From positions 23,475,168 to 23,539,167 of the forward strand of contig OZ316892.1 in the NCBI GenBank assembly GCA_973895155.1: a stretch of 64,000 bases of DNA, given 5' to 3'. Below are positions 47,106 to 58,985 of this stretch, in pieces. The position numbers were made by a program, and so were the translations under genes. Origin of the DNA: Marsupella aquatica (Eukaryota > Plantae > Marchantiophyta). The number at the start of each line of letters is the position of its first letter. Positions within the stretch are counted from its first letter, which is position 1. Below the pieces are notes generated by a model, which saw nothing but the letters and a program-made list of their open reading frames with translations, was not told where the DNA came from and ran no database searches.

Positions 47106-49769
47106 ATGGGCAACGGGACCAAGTTCAAGCTGTCCAACGTACTCCCAAATGTCTTCAGCAAGATCAAAGGAATCAGGAGGAATAGCAGTGGGCCGAGATT
47201 ATCGAGCTCAGCTTCAGTTACGAGTGATTGTGCAGCAACTGATATTGATCAGAAGGATTTCTCAATAATGTCCAGAGATTATTCAGTAAGTGATATTGGT
47301 CAGAAGGATTTCTCGATAATGTCGAGAGATGTACACACAGATCGTAGCCCAAGTCCCCCAAAGCGAAGTTTTCCTCAGAACAAAAATGGACACACTCGGC
47401 ACACGTCGAGTCCAGTCTTTACTAGTCAGATAGCTGCACACCAAAGTAATGGCTTCCCTGCTGAATCCCCCATGAGGAGCAAGGGCGGCAACAAATCCGG
47501 ATCCCCCTCACCTCCGCCTCCTCGCATTCAAGGTTCTGCAGAAATTGTCGATCCCGGCTGCTGTTCATTTGATTCCACAATGGCTCTTGTTCCCCACGTC
47601 GACGGTCGGGTGCGAAGAGCAGCTCCTCAAGCGCTTGGCAAATGCCTCATCATGTCCAAGTGCAACAGCTTCAATGCCTCCACCCAACATTCCGATTCCG
47701 AGATGTCAGAAACAGACTCCTCCACGGCCCTCGCTCGAATTCGTCGACACTCCCGTGCAAGGTCTGCGCAGCTAGAAGGATCCAGCTCCTGCGAGGGCTA
47801 TGGACTACCCTCTAAAGCAGACGAGAGAGCCAGCCACGGATCAGGCAAAGTATCGGTTTGGCGCAGGTCAAGCGAGAGGAAGGACAGAAATGTCAAGATG
47901 CTGGACCGAAGTCACCAATTGTATGGAGGATCGTCACCGATTCACCCCAGTACTTGCAGCGTCTATGGTCCCTCCCATCCCAATTATCGTAGAGTGGATC
48001 ACACCCAGGATAGCAGCATAGATTGCCGAGGAGCTGGCAGGGTCCTGAGCAATTCCAGTAGAGAAGGGACCGACCTCGATCTTGATCAGGCTAATGGTAG
48101 CAGCCGCAATCACGGTGGTCGTCCGAGCAGGAAGTTAAGCTTCCCCAATGATGATAATGTTCGCGCCTTCGATGAAAACTCATTCTCCAGTGATGACGAT
48201 TTCTACAAGGTGGTGAATAGAAATGGCAACTTCAGGAGGGGCCATCATCGGGCGCAGTCGACCTCTAGCACTAATAATTCGCAGCGGCATATGTATGCGG
48301 GCAATCAGGACACGGATCTGGATTATACGTCCAGTGAGGTGGTCTTCACTGAAGACGAGAAGAACTATGCAAAGGCCTTTCTTCGCAAGGAAACACTCCT
48401 CGCAAAGACAGTTCTCAACGGCAGCGATGGCTCGGCGCAAGACCAGTTGTCCAGGTTCTCTCATCGTGACGAAAAGTCACAGGCGAGGAGAGCGAGTCAT
48501 GACAGTGCTGATCGTCCTTCTAAGCGAAGCTCGGAGTCCGCTTACGATCGAGAAGCTACGTTGGTGAAGCAGGTGCTTAACACGCAGGGTTGGGCACGGG
48601 AGAATTTGAGAGCGCTGGCAAAGGCCAACGACCTCGACCGCCAGACTCTTGCAAGATTGAAAGCAGGCTCGTTGGATGTCCTCGTCAGAAAGACAGGGGA
48701 GGAGGCCGCTAGTAAAATAGAGTACGATAGTTTTGGTTTGAATCCGCATTCCAAGGAGTTCTTCTCATGGAAAAGCTCGAGACATCCTAGTCCCATTAGT
48801 GAGGAGGTTGAGAAATACACAGAGGGAAGAGTCGATTACAAGAGTGACGTTGTGCACGAAGAGTTTGCGCGGCCTGTGGCAGATTATGCAGCTAGTGATC
48901 TGTACAAAGGCGCGCGGAACGGGAAGTCGGGGAAAGAATTTGGCAAACCGTGGGACACAGAATTCCCCTCATTCCGATCGGATTCCATTCTCATGGGGGC
49001 CGGGATTGGGTCGGACCGAACCAGCGGCGTGCCGGATGAACGAGCTGCACTCGTCGATTGCAATGAATGTGGTGGGAGTCCAGCAGGTCTGTCTCGGAGA
49101 TACTCGGAGCGGGAGAGGCAGAGCAAGATTATAGGTGGGCATGAAAAACAGCAGGAATCTAGGAACTTTGGAAAGATTTCCATCCATTCCCATTCTCCCA
49201 GGGAGGAAGTGATTCAGGGTGCCGCGGTTTTGAAGAATACCAGGGCATCCAGCCAACCTGCCTCACCTCGACTCTCTTCTTCACCGAGACTGTCCTCACC
49301 CGAGCTTAATGGTCGCCCAAAGCGGCCGCCGTCTCCAGTCCAAGAATTCAGCAATGGGAAGAAAATGCCGAGCCGAATGCCTTCTCCCAGTCAGGAAAGC
49401 AAGGGGGGCAGAAGAAGCACAGGCGGACCTCCATCGTCAGTTCAGGATTTTCAGCCTGTCAAACCGAAATCGAGTCGGACTCCATCACCTGTTCGTAGTC
49501 AATCGCCACAGCCCGGGGGCAAGCCATTGACAGCCAATGCAGAAGCTGGAATGCAGAGGATGGACAGCGTTGCAGTAGTGAAAGCTTCCTATGATCCTTA
49601 TCAGGACTTCCGAGAGTCGATGGTCGAGATGATTCTCGAGAACGACATTCGGACGTCCCAAGATCTGGAGGACCTTTTGCAATGCTACCTCTCGCTTAAT
49701 TCCTCGGAATACCACAAAATCATTGTCGAGGTTTTCACCGACGTCTGGGGAGACATCTTTGACCAATAA
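47106..49769 (+). CDS. OFP: OVATE family protein (transcriptional repressor / TRM interactor), intronless, ~887 aa (alternative ATG at 47007)
   Basis: C-terminal OVATE domain VAVVKASYDPYQDFRESMVEMILEN...LEDLLQCYLSLNSSEYHKIIVEVFTDVW. N-terminal MGNGTKFKLSNVLPN resembles the OFP1-type MG..F.LS.M.PN motif. Long Ser/Arg-rich linker. Confidence 0.93.
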   Translation: MGNGTKFKLSNVLPNVFSKIKGIRRNSSGPRLSSSASVTSDCAATDIDQKDFSIMSRDYSVSDIGQKDFSIMSRDVHTDRSPSPPKRSFPQNKNGHTRHTSSPVFTSQIAAHQSNGFPAESPMRSKGGNKSGSPSPPPPRIQGSAEIVDPGCCSFDSTMALVPHVDGRVRRAAPQALGKCLIMSKCNSFNASTQHSDSEMSETDSSTALARIRRHSRARSAQLEGSSSCEGYGLPSKADERASHGSGKVSVWRRSSERKDRNVKMLDRSHQLYGGSSPIHPSTCSVYGPSHPNYRRVDHTQDSSIDCRGAGRVLSNSSREGTDLDLDQANGSSRNHGGRPSRKLSFPNDDNVRAFDENSFSSDDDFYKVVNRNGNFRRGHHRAQSTSSTNNSQRHMYAGNQDTDLDYTSSEVVFTEDEKNYAKAFLRKETLLAKTVLNGSDGSAQDQLSRFSHRDEKSQARRASHDSADRPSKRSSESAYDREATLVKQVLNTQGWARENLRALAKANDLDRQTLARLKAGSLDVLVRKTGEEAASKIEYDSFGLNPHSKEFFSWKSSRHPSPISEEVEKYTEGRVDYKSDVVHEEFARPVADYAASDLYKGARNGKSGKEFGKPWDTEFPSFRSDSILMGAGIGSDRTSGVPDERAALVDCNECGGSPAGLSRRYSERERQSKIIGGHEKQQESRNFGKISIHSHSPREEVIQGAAVLKNTRASSQPASPRLSSSPRLSSPELNGRPKRPPSPVQEFSNGKKMPSRMPSPSQESKGGRRSTGGPPSSVQDFQPVKPKSSRTPSPVRSQSPQPGGKPLTANAEAGMQRMDSVAVVKASYDPYQDFRESMVEMILENDIRTSQDLEDLLQCYLSLNSSEYHKIIVEVFTDVWGDIFDQ

Positions 49770-52402
49770 TTCCACGCCTTGGTCATGATTATCACACTCG
49801 AAGGTGATTTCAATCTCAGCAACTTATTTATGTACAGTTTCTACCGGCTATACTGTAATCTTAGGAGTTTTTAAGCCAGATTTCCCATTGTAAACTCTTC
49901 AACTTGGGCAGATTCTCGAAGGTAAACTATTTGAGCGTGCAAAGGTGATGAACATCGATCGGTTCATCCATCATACACGATACATGCTCCCTAATTTAGG
50001 GACTTGTAATAAATCTCTTAATCAGGTGGGTCTCTTAGGAATTAAGTCTTACGGGCTACTCTGGCGATTCTGTGCTGTCTTGCCTTTCTTGGTGACAATT
50101 TTGTTCAAGAATTCCAACTTCAATTGTAGGTGCCTTGTAGATCAAAACCCCGAAGATGTTGTAGTAGTTATCAAAATGTTTATAAAAACTCTTGACTAAT
50201 TCATTCTGTAGCCACAATCGTGCATGCTTTCATTCCGGCAAATCCGGTCTTCGTGTATAAACTATTCCTCATCGTCCTGGCTACAGCTACAGAGTCCTTC
50301 TGGGGTTTAGGGGTTGTACTGGACGTGCTTTATGAACCTGCCCCGTCTTTTAAAATGATATCAGACCAGTTGAGCTGACACAGGCTGGCCACATTTCCGC
50401 ATCCGCATTCAGCAATGCTCTGTACTTCTTATCGAATCAAAACAGGGGCCCCCGCATTGCCGTGATTGCCCTTTTTTAGGCCATGTAGTGAAGCATGGGT
50501 CGCTGAAGAGTCCGTACTTGACCCTCTGTCATCACACAGAAGCTATTTGAGCTCATGACTCATATTCACCTATGTCATTCTGACATTTTAGATAATTATT
50601 GGCGTCTGGATTACGCCAGCTCTGTGTCCCATTCTTTAGCAGTTCAACTGTAAAAACGCCCCGATACGGTTTTTCTTTTTCCACCATAATCCTCTACTCT
50701 GGTTGTCTCGCTGAGTGATGAGGTGGAGAGACCATTGCATGATTGGTGATCGTTTCTCAAATTCGGGGCAGAGAGTAGTGCATATACCAGTACCTCATAA
50801 GATGGAGGGATGTGCAGAATTAAAGCCAGCAGGAACTCCGTTACAAGGTTCTGGGGAAAGTTGGTCCATCAATGTGGTATCTCATCAGGACGTTACGTCC
50901 GTGGCAGTTTGGCTGTCAACCTGAAAGCCGAACGTTCCTTCCCAGATAACAGAGCACGGCGGCCGTCCCGAAATTCAGCAGATGAAAGCATAACGTTACC
51001 GTATCCAGCGAAGAACCAGGCTCTTTGACCGAGGACTTCGCGCCTGATGCTCTTCGATGCAATACATTTGGGGATTTGTGCTGTATGCCGTTCCTGCATG
51101 CTGAAATGTTTTTTGATTGAATCAAAGTTGATTGAGCCGTGCGGTGCGGGGCCGGACTTTCCACACCCCCAATGTTCACTCAGCGAAGAGTCAATCCAAA
51201 TTAGCTCTCCTATTTCAGGGCAGCCGACAGACCCAACTAGTATTGCTCAAGTTCAAATTCATAAACCTTGTTGCACTGGACACTCTTCAAGGGTAGTCGA
51301 TTTTATTTCCACATTTCGATATGGATTCCGAGTGCTCTCCCTCAGAATTGTCCATTGGTCTGCGAAGCGCGGAAATCATTTAGTCTAAGAATCAGTTGGG
51401 GCCAATGGCTGACGTGTTATGTCGAACACACAATGCCGAACTCGAAATACGAAGCTAATTGCACGGAAAGTTCAGAGCTGCTCACAACGTCAGACGCCAA
51501 AAGAGTTACTGCAGCACCTGGCTAGAGCTCAAGGGTTGCCCGAGCAGCTTCATTGTTATTACATGTAGGGTAATTCGCCACGCTTTGCGAATCTGACAGC
51601 GCTCAGAAAAGAACATTGGTGACAGGAATGAACTTTTAAATGGATTGGATTTGAGCGATTTGAGTTGTCGGATATCTGGTCGATGTGTTCAGCTTTCTTG
51701 GAAAGCTTTACTTTAGCACTGACGCTTCAAAACTCTCAGCAAATTCTCCAGCAGAGAGCCTTTTTGGCAAACAATGATCCAGAGAAGTGACAGCACTCAC
51801 CCACCTAGACACTCATGGCTCAACGTCATGACCCAGATACATGCAGTGGCAAGAAACGGACCAGCCATGTTAGCGATGCCTCAGCAACAAGTGCATTCAA
51901 GATGCTTGAAAAGCTCTGTATTCTCTTTATCTTCTTGAAGGCCATCCACAGCGCTAAGCACGACGCATGATGTTGTGGCTGCTGAGACGAGAGCAGCTCG
52001 TCAATCTGACTCAGCCCCACTAGCTACTACTTTCAGTTTTCGGTCTGATGAAGATGGAAATAGCTTTATGCTTTCTACTATTTAATGGCACTGCCATTAT
52101 TGACCGACATGATCTGGAGACACAACGCCATGTTCTGCGCACTGTCAGTGCTCATTTTTACAGTGCTAAGAAAACCGCGGTTTAATACCAAATAACAGAT
52201 TCTCCTTAATTTTTATCCAAAAAATTGGTTTCAACAACTTAAATCCACTATCAACTTGCCCAGCAATTAATCGAGGTTTTAATCGAATGTGGTACCTGAT
52301 GGACGTGTCTGTCAGGATGGGTACGTAGTGTCAAACATAACCGTACCTGGTACCTGGTAGAGCACTGTAGCCTGGACTACAGTACAAGCATTACCATAGT
52401 AG

Positions 52403-53190
52403 CAGTGTCTAAGTGCAAGTTCCAGGGACTACACCCCAAGGCTGCACTTATCCACCTTGTGCACTGTGTCACAAGTACACTCGAAATAACTATGCACTTT
52501 TCCATATTTGCAGGGTCTGCATTACCCAATAAGTGCATGGAAAACCCCTCCTTGAATTTGTGGCAGGATAAAATAGTGCATGTTTTAAAAATGTTAAGAA
52601 CATCGTTTATTAATTATGGTAACCTTGGATCCACCAGGAATTTGCTTGTTGGACAGTGGTAGCTTAGGTGCAGCCTAGCCATGCATTCCATGGTCAAATG
52701 CAGGCCGAGCATGTGTGAGTGTGTCGGTGTCTAAGTGCATTCCTGGATTGAGTGTGGGCTCACCATGTAGTCCCCTCATATTAATTTTCTTTGTGCATGC
52801 ACCACAAGATGCAGTTTGCATAAGTGCAGATGAACCATCACTAAGCGGTAAATACATCGATAAGTGTACATATTCATTTATCACTTACCGCAACCAATAA
52901 GCTAGAAGCATTTACTGATAAGTGGAACAAATCATCATAGAGGAGTCCAATGTTTGTGACCTGACAACACATATTAGAAGCACACAAGTGGTAATTTAAA
53001 CACAAAATGTATTTAGACATGCTGCACCTATGCAGACATCAAGTGGGGGGAAAATATGGAATGCACTTATGCAGAAACAAGTGGGGGAATAACATGGAAT
53101 GCACTTAGACATCACATGGTGCATGTATGCAGCAACAAAGTGGCCGTTTGAACATGGAATGCACTTAGATATGGGTGCACTTATGCACTG
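52403..53190. mobile_element. Putative non-autonomous TIR element rich in (A)TAAGTGCA motifs; related sequence at about 41855-42325
   Basis: Ends CAGTGTCTAAGTGCA and (reverse complement) CAGTGCATAAGTGCA. Blocks such as aagcattta(c/t)tgataagtg and ctgacaacacata are shared with about 42035-42165. TSD unclear. Confidence 0.45.
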
Positions 53191-55098
53191 TCGAGTGTAA
53201 GACACCATCGTGGAAAAAATTACGGTATCTGTCCTGTGCTCACATTTTCAGAGGCTGTGTTTGCTCTGACGACTGCTCTTTTTGGGTAGACTCGCTCGAG
53301 GGCTGTACCACGGAAGCTCGAGGGCTGTACCACGGAAGCTTCAGGGCTGAGCAAGTCTCAGCTCAGCAGTGATCGAAGCATGCCAAGTTTCCAGGCAAAT
53401 AGTTCTAATGGACAGTGTGAGGCTCTCGTCTTCGTTCGTCAGCAAGTTTTGGTCGGCCAAAGTGAGAGCTAGACAATCATAATCTGCTGGGATGGCATGA
53501 ATTGGAGCTCTCTCAGGTCTTGGAGATGGATGCGGCAATCCGCCCTTTAATCGAGGTGTAAGGAGTCCATCATTGCCCTCTACTACGGACGTGCTATTCA
53601 TCGGCTGCTGGGAAAGGTAAACTTCGCAGGGAGTGTCGTGCAAGCTGACACATCCTTCCTCGGGAACGTGCTGCTAATTAGCTCAGTGAACAAAACGCTG
53701 TCTAAGAGGTTTGGGTGCGTACATGCTAGGATTTTCTCGTCAGAGAGGGGGTATAGTAAATAGGTTGTCCACGGGCCACGCCACGGGAGACTGATCAGCG
53801 AGTTAGCGCTGGACTGCTCATGTAATTTCTTGGGATCCGGCTACCGTACCTTTGCACTTGAAAGCTGCTTAACTTAGAGCCATCCTTTTTGACAGAGATC
53901 ATGTTTTCAGAGCACATGGAGACATGTCATAGAATTGTCATTTCCAGGGAAGGGGACGGAATACAGTAAGGCGGATGAATCAAGAGGTTGTTTAGGGCGG
54001 CACATGGGAGAGAGTGGCGTGCCGTAGAATCAAATTGTTTAGTGAGACAAGGGAGTAACGATGCAGCGAAAGAGCAAAGGGGACGTTATCGTGAATAAAA
54101 TCAGTTCTGCCCAGTTTTTGTTCGTACGGTCAAGACTCTCGTTCAACCTTTTTGCAAGCTGCAACTCGTGAAGCTTATAAACGGATCTATAAACTGTCCT
54201 AAAGCCCAACAAATTGCATCCTCTACGTTCAGGTCCGGGGTAATTTACCGTCAGCAAGAGTCGTGCCCACTAAATCAAATGCTTCTGACTAGAAGTAGAT
54301 AATTTGGTTTCCAGGACATTTGCTCTGGTGCGCAACAAGCACGCAAATCTTGCTGTTTGGCAGCTACATCCCAATATGCCGATCTGAAAAAACATACTGT
54401 TCCATGATCACGCTCTCCCCCAACTTAGTGTCATCTTCCGCTAATGTACATGCTGGCAAACTACAGACGTCTCGGCACTGGTCAGTCCAGAAAACCTTCA
54501 CAACACTCGAAACTCAACTTAGCTCGTCACCATTCTTACTTATTGTGCAACAACGTATCTATGTGCAAATCTCGAGTCATCTTGGTATTTTTACATTTCA
54601 GCTCAAGGGGAATTGAGCTGGAAAAATCTAGGAAGAGAGAAAGTACAAAACGGACCATAGCGCTAGTGAAGATTGGAAGGGAATGGTTTTCTCCTCTAAC
54701 ATCAACTTAGTATTTCCAACACGTGTTCTTGACAGTGATCCGCCTCCACAATCTCCAACAACCTCCACATGAATTGGGCAATTCTACCCAAATGCCATAA
54801 CATCTTAAGCAGAAATAGATAACTAAATGGATGGATAAATTATATTTGAGGCCCAAGGAGAACAGTAAGGCAAATTCTATGATCACACATTATATCACAG
54901 TTGCACTTCATTCAATTGATCTGGATATGTACAATTTGCGCCATCCCGAGAAAATCGTGTAATTGAATACAACTATCCCATCCATTTAAAAAGGAGTCGT
55001 TTGTATGAGTCCTGTCGAAACTCAACCTCAGGGTGCACTTGGCTAAGTTAATTTGAAAATGAGCAAATTCTCGGAACCACTCATACGCCTGAGTATGT

Positions 55099-57061
55099 TT
55101 AGAAGGCTGCTCGGTTTTTCTTCAGTCGGGGACCATGACTATCAGTACCTAGAGAGCCGATGGACCCACCAATCCAAGCCTCTAGCATCCTTTGAGATCG
55201 AAGACCTTGATCAGCCGGAGCAAGATGCCCTGCCCCTACTAGAATCACATGGGCCAGTGTCTCGTGAGTGCGAACGTACCCTGCTGCTTCTCCATTGAGG
55301 GTCCAGACCTTTCGAGGGATACTCCAAAACTTCTCAGCCTCAGTCCAATTCATATACCTCATCCATGCCTCGTTTGACGCAACTCCGTCTTGCAGGTCAA
55401 ACTGACCCTGATAGAGAAGTACAGGAATTTGAGTAACGATGGCCTCCACCATGTATTTAGTGCTTCTCATTGTAAGGTTATAGAAAGCCTCGTCCACAAA
55501 ATCCGTGCAATCTTCCCAGGTGGCATCTCCTTTCACACCCAACGCTTTCCTGAAAGATGGGCTGTTCATCCAAGGCGAGAGCCAATTACTCCCGTTGGGA
55601 AAAGTGTAGTAATCTACTGACCTCCTAATGTCTAGGGTAGTGGCTAAATCGGACATCTCGTAGATGCCATTCATGAGAGTCGACCGCCCAGCGTGTGCTA
55701 GATCGTATCTCCCTTCCTTAATAGCTGCCACAATCTGCTCAGCAACTTTATCCAATTGCTGCTTCTGCTGCAAGTCAATCAGACCCATATAGTGAGCTGC
55801 AGGGGGGTAAACGGGCATCTGCAGAATCGGATCAGTAAGGCCGTTGCCAATAGCTACACCCTTGAGCTGAAAAGATGGACTTATGGCTGCCTCCTCGAGA
55901 ATGTAGTAGCCGACAGCTGGGACATACTTTCCAGCATAGCTCTCACCTGCACAATTATCAGAAAAATGTCATTCGATCTGTTATGCAGATCAAGAAAGGA
56001 TTATAACGAAGCACTCAATATTTATTGCACAGTTGTCACTCTTCCAAAGAATCCGTCGGGAAACGGAGCTACCCATCACACTTTTAACAATAAGCGGTTA
56101 TAATAATTTAAAGATACTTTCGAAGGTATTCTCCACAAACCATATGTTATAACCAATTATACTCGCTCTTCAAAGAATTGGAACTATGCCCTGAAGAGAA
56201 CTTGAGCACGAATGTTAACTCTTCGAAATATCCACTCAGAAATGCTCCGGAGACTCTCAATAATCAAAGCGAATATTTTTTAGATGTTTTTAGAGATGCT
56301 TTGATAAGCTAGGCATGACAAACCGGATGTGATGTTAAGCTATTGGGCATGTTTTCTAACATATCTCGGATCATCGTCATTTTTACACAACAGAGACTAA
56401 ATATCCAGGTTAGGATGTCCGCTTAACTCTCGAGTTAACGTTTGATCGGGTAATGTGTGTCAATTGAACGGAAAAAAGGAAAACTTATCGTTAAGCAGTA
56501 CCTCACGGGGTCGTCCATGCTATCATTTATTTCCGGATGACGGTCATGAGATAACTCACCTGTGATATACAGAGGACGAGTCTCGAAGCTAAGCTGAGTG
56601 TAGAAGGCTTCAAGGGCATTGTAGATGTGCACTGCAGTCTCCTCGTGTGACTTTGGAACATCGTCCTTGCTGGGAGCCACACTAAATCCTGTGCCCACGG
56701 GCTGATCGATGACCAAGAGACCATAGAGTCGATTCCAAGTATACTCGTTAGGGTAGAACTGCTGATCCTCCCCGATTAACCAAGGTCCCAGCTCGAAGAA
56801 GCTGCCAACCATTCCAGAGCACCCTGGTCCGCCTTGGAGCCAGAGTACTATGGGAGTCTCTTCGAGTGGACCATCTGGAAATTGAGCTTCGTAGTAGATG
56901 TAGAACAAACTAGCTCCGGTGGTTTCGTTGACAATGAGGTATCCAGAATCCGTGGGAATAACCTCATCTGGAATTCCTTCAAATCTCGATGCATCCACAT
57001 TTCGATTTTGGATACAGAGTGTGGCTGAAAGCAGGAGCAGCAGCAGTACAGCGGTTCCCAT
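55099..57061 (-). CDS. Serine carboxypeptidase-like protein (peptidase S10, SCPL50-like), 2 exons (57061-56560, 55946-55099), ~449 aa
   Basis: Signal peptide; WLQGGPGCSG; IDQPVGTGFS; catalytic GESYAG formed across a GT..AG intron; VAIGNGLTDP; YQGQFDL (Asp); GAGHLAP (His). Confidence 0.95.
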
Positions 57062-57971
57062 TACTACCGAGCTGGTTTGGAATGGGATTGAATGCTGAAA
57101 CGAGCGCAGAGTTCTACAGTACTAATGCAAATGTCCTGCACTTTAATGCATAATCTCATAATTGAACCCCTCTGCCTGATATGCACATCTCAGACCACCT
57201 CACCCCGAAATTGACCCCAGATGATAATCTCAAAGGAGCCCCTGATTCAATTGCTGGATCCGCTTGCATTGCAAATCTGGGACAAGTTATCAAAAGCGAC
57301 AAATTGTGCACCACTAGAAACAGATCAGGAATCAACTGATTCGCTGAACTAGAAGGTCATCTGCTCTCCATGGATTCTGGTCTAGGGCGCGTGATCTTTG
57401 ACCTCGTTGGCCTGCCTTCTTCTGTGCTCCTTCGTCCCCAGATTCCAATGAAACCGGACTCTCCAAGGCCACGAGATTCTCACCCTCCCCTCTCGCTCGC
57501 TCTGCATTCACTCTTCCGACTTCCTGGCTATGGCAAGAGCTCCAACACGACGATAGAACGATTCTCTCAGCGAAGACTGTGATCATGACCAAGTCTCTGA
57601 ATTTCGAGGAGCCTGCGCTTGCTCTGTCGTCGATCTCGACAGAGCAAGCTGTAGCAAGCACTCCTGGTCTCGACATACAACTGGGGTGGGCAAATTTCAC
57701 GGGGCTCGTGGAATGTCCAGAATTACACTACGCTTTGGGCACCAGGCTCTAAACCTTTCATTCACTGACCCCTCGCCCAATCGGCCAATCCGGACTGTAC
57801 AAACAATGGTGTTCATGAAGTTCTCCATGTTTTCAATGTAGACCGGAATGCTGCCACTAATTGGAGCTGCCACTAATTGAAGCACTCGAGCACCTTTGTA
57901 AACTCCTACTATAAATGCTGTGTGATTGTGTCACCACTGTTTCTCGCTTAGAATTGTTTCTGCAAACCAAA

Positions 57972-58497
57972 TGGCTCAGATCACTTGGCTAGGGGACTAG
58001 CCCTGGAAGGTCCCAGGTTCAATCCCCTCTCTACACACGTGTGTGGAGGGTTGGGTGTGGAAGGTATGTGTGTGGGTGGGATGGGTTTAGTGGGTGGTGG
58101 ATGAGAATTCTGATTATCTCCTTTGCCCTTGGTTGACCACTTTGTGGCACTCATTTAATCCTCTATCCATCCTGGTTGGGTGTGGAAGGTATGTGCGATG
58201 GGTTTATTAGGTAGTGGATGAGAATTCTGATTATCTCCTGGGCCCTTCTTTGTCCACTTTGTGCCACTGATTCCTTCCTCTCTCCATCCTGGTGTGGGAA
58301 AGTGGCACTGATTTAATCATCTCTCCCTCCTAGCTGGTGCAGGTCCCTGGCGGATCAGTGGGGGCTCACCCTGACATGGGTTCCCTAGAAGTAATGTATG
58401 ACCCTGAATTGGGTTCCCTACAAAGATTGTATGTCACTATTGAGGTGGGGAGAGTTTACTAAGTGTTCTTCTTCATTTCCTTTCAAGACAAAAAAGA
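57972..58497 (+). mobile_element. Possible tRNA-derived SINE
   Basis: A-box-like TGGCTCAGATCACTTGG and B-box GGTTCAATCCC (58016-58026), with no full cloverleaf. GT-rich internally duplicated body and an A-rich end (ctttcaagacaaaaaagaa). Confidence 0.4.
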
Positions 58498-58964
58498 ATG
58501 ACTTATGCATGGAACTGACTAAGTCACCTCAAATTTCATGAAGGTTGGTGGGGAGAGTTTACTAAGTGTTCTTTTTCATTTCCTTTCAAGACAAAAAAGA
58601 ATGACTTATGCATGGAACTGACTAAGTCACCTCAAATTTCATGAAGGTTGGTGGGGAGAGTTTACTAAGTGTTCTTTTTCATTTCCTTTCAAGACAAAAA
58701 AGAATGACTTATGCATGGAACTGACTAAGTCACCTCAAATTTCATGAAGGTTGGTGGGGAGAGTTTACTAAGTGTTCTTCTTCATTTCCTTTCAAGACAA
58801 AAAAGAATGACTTATGCATGGAACTGACTAAGTCACCTCAAATTTCATGAAGGTTGGTGGGGAGAGTTTACTAAGTGTTCTTCTTCATTTCCTTTCAAGA
58901 CAAAAAAGAATGACTTATGCATGGAACTGACTGTCACCTCAAATTTCATGAAGGTTGGTGGGGA
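58444..58964. repeat. 103-bp tandem repeat x5
   Basis: Units start at 58444, 58547, 58650, 58753 and 58856 (ggtggggagagtttactaagtgttc...atgaaggtt) and are near-identical. Confidence 0.97.
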
Positions 58965-58985
58965 ATAATAATAAAAACACCAACC

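Noticed and set aside
57966-58040. Functional tRNA gene
   Set aside because: It has a B-box/T-arm-like part but I could not form a convincing acceptor stem and anticodon arm; kept only as a possible SINE head.
58444-58964. CRISPR-like array
   Set aside because: Whole 103-bp units are near-identical with no unique spacers, and the context is eukaryotic; it is a plain tandem repeat.
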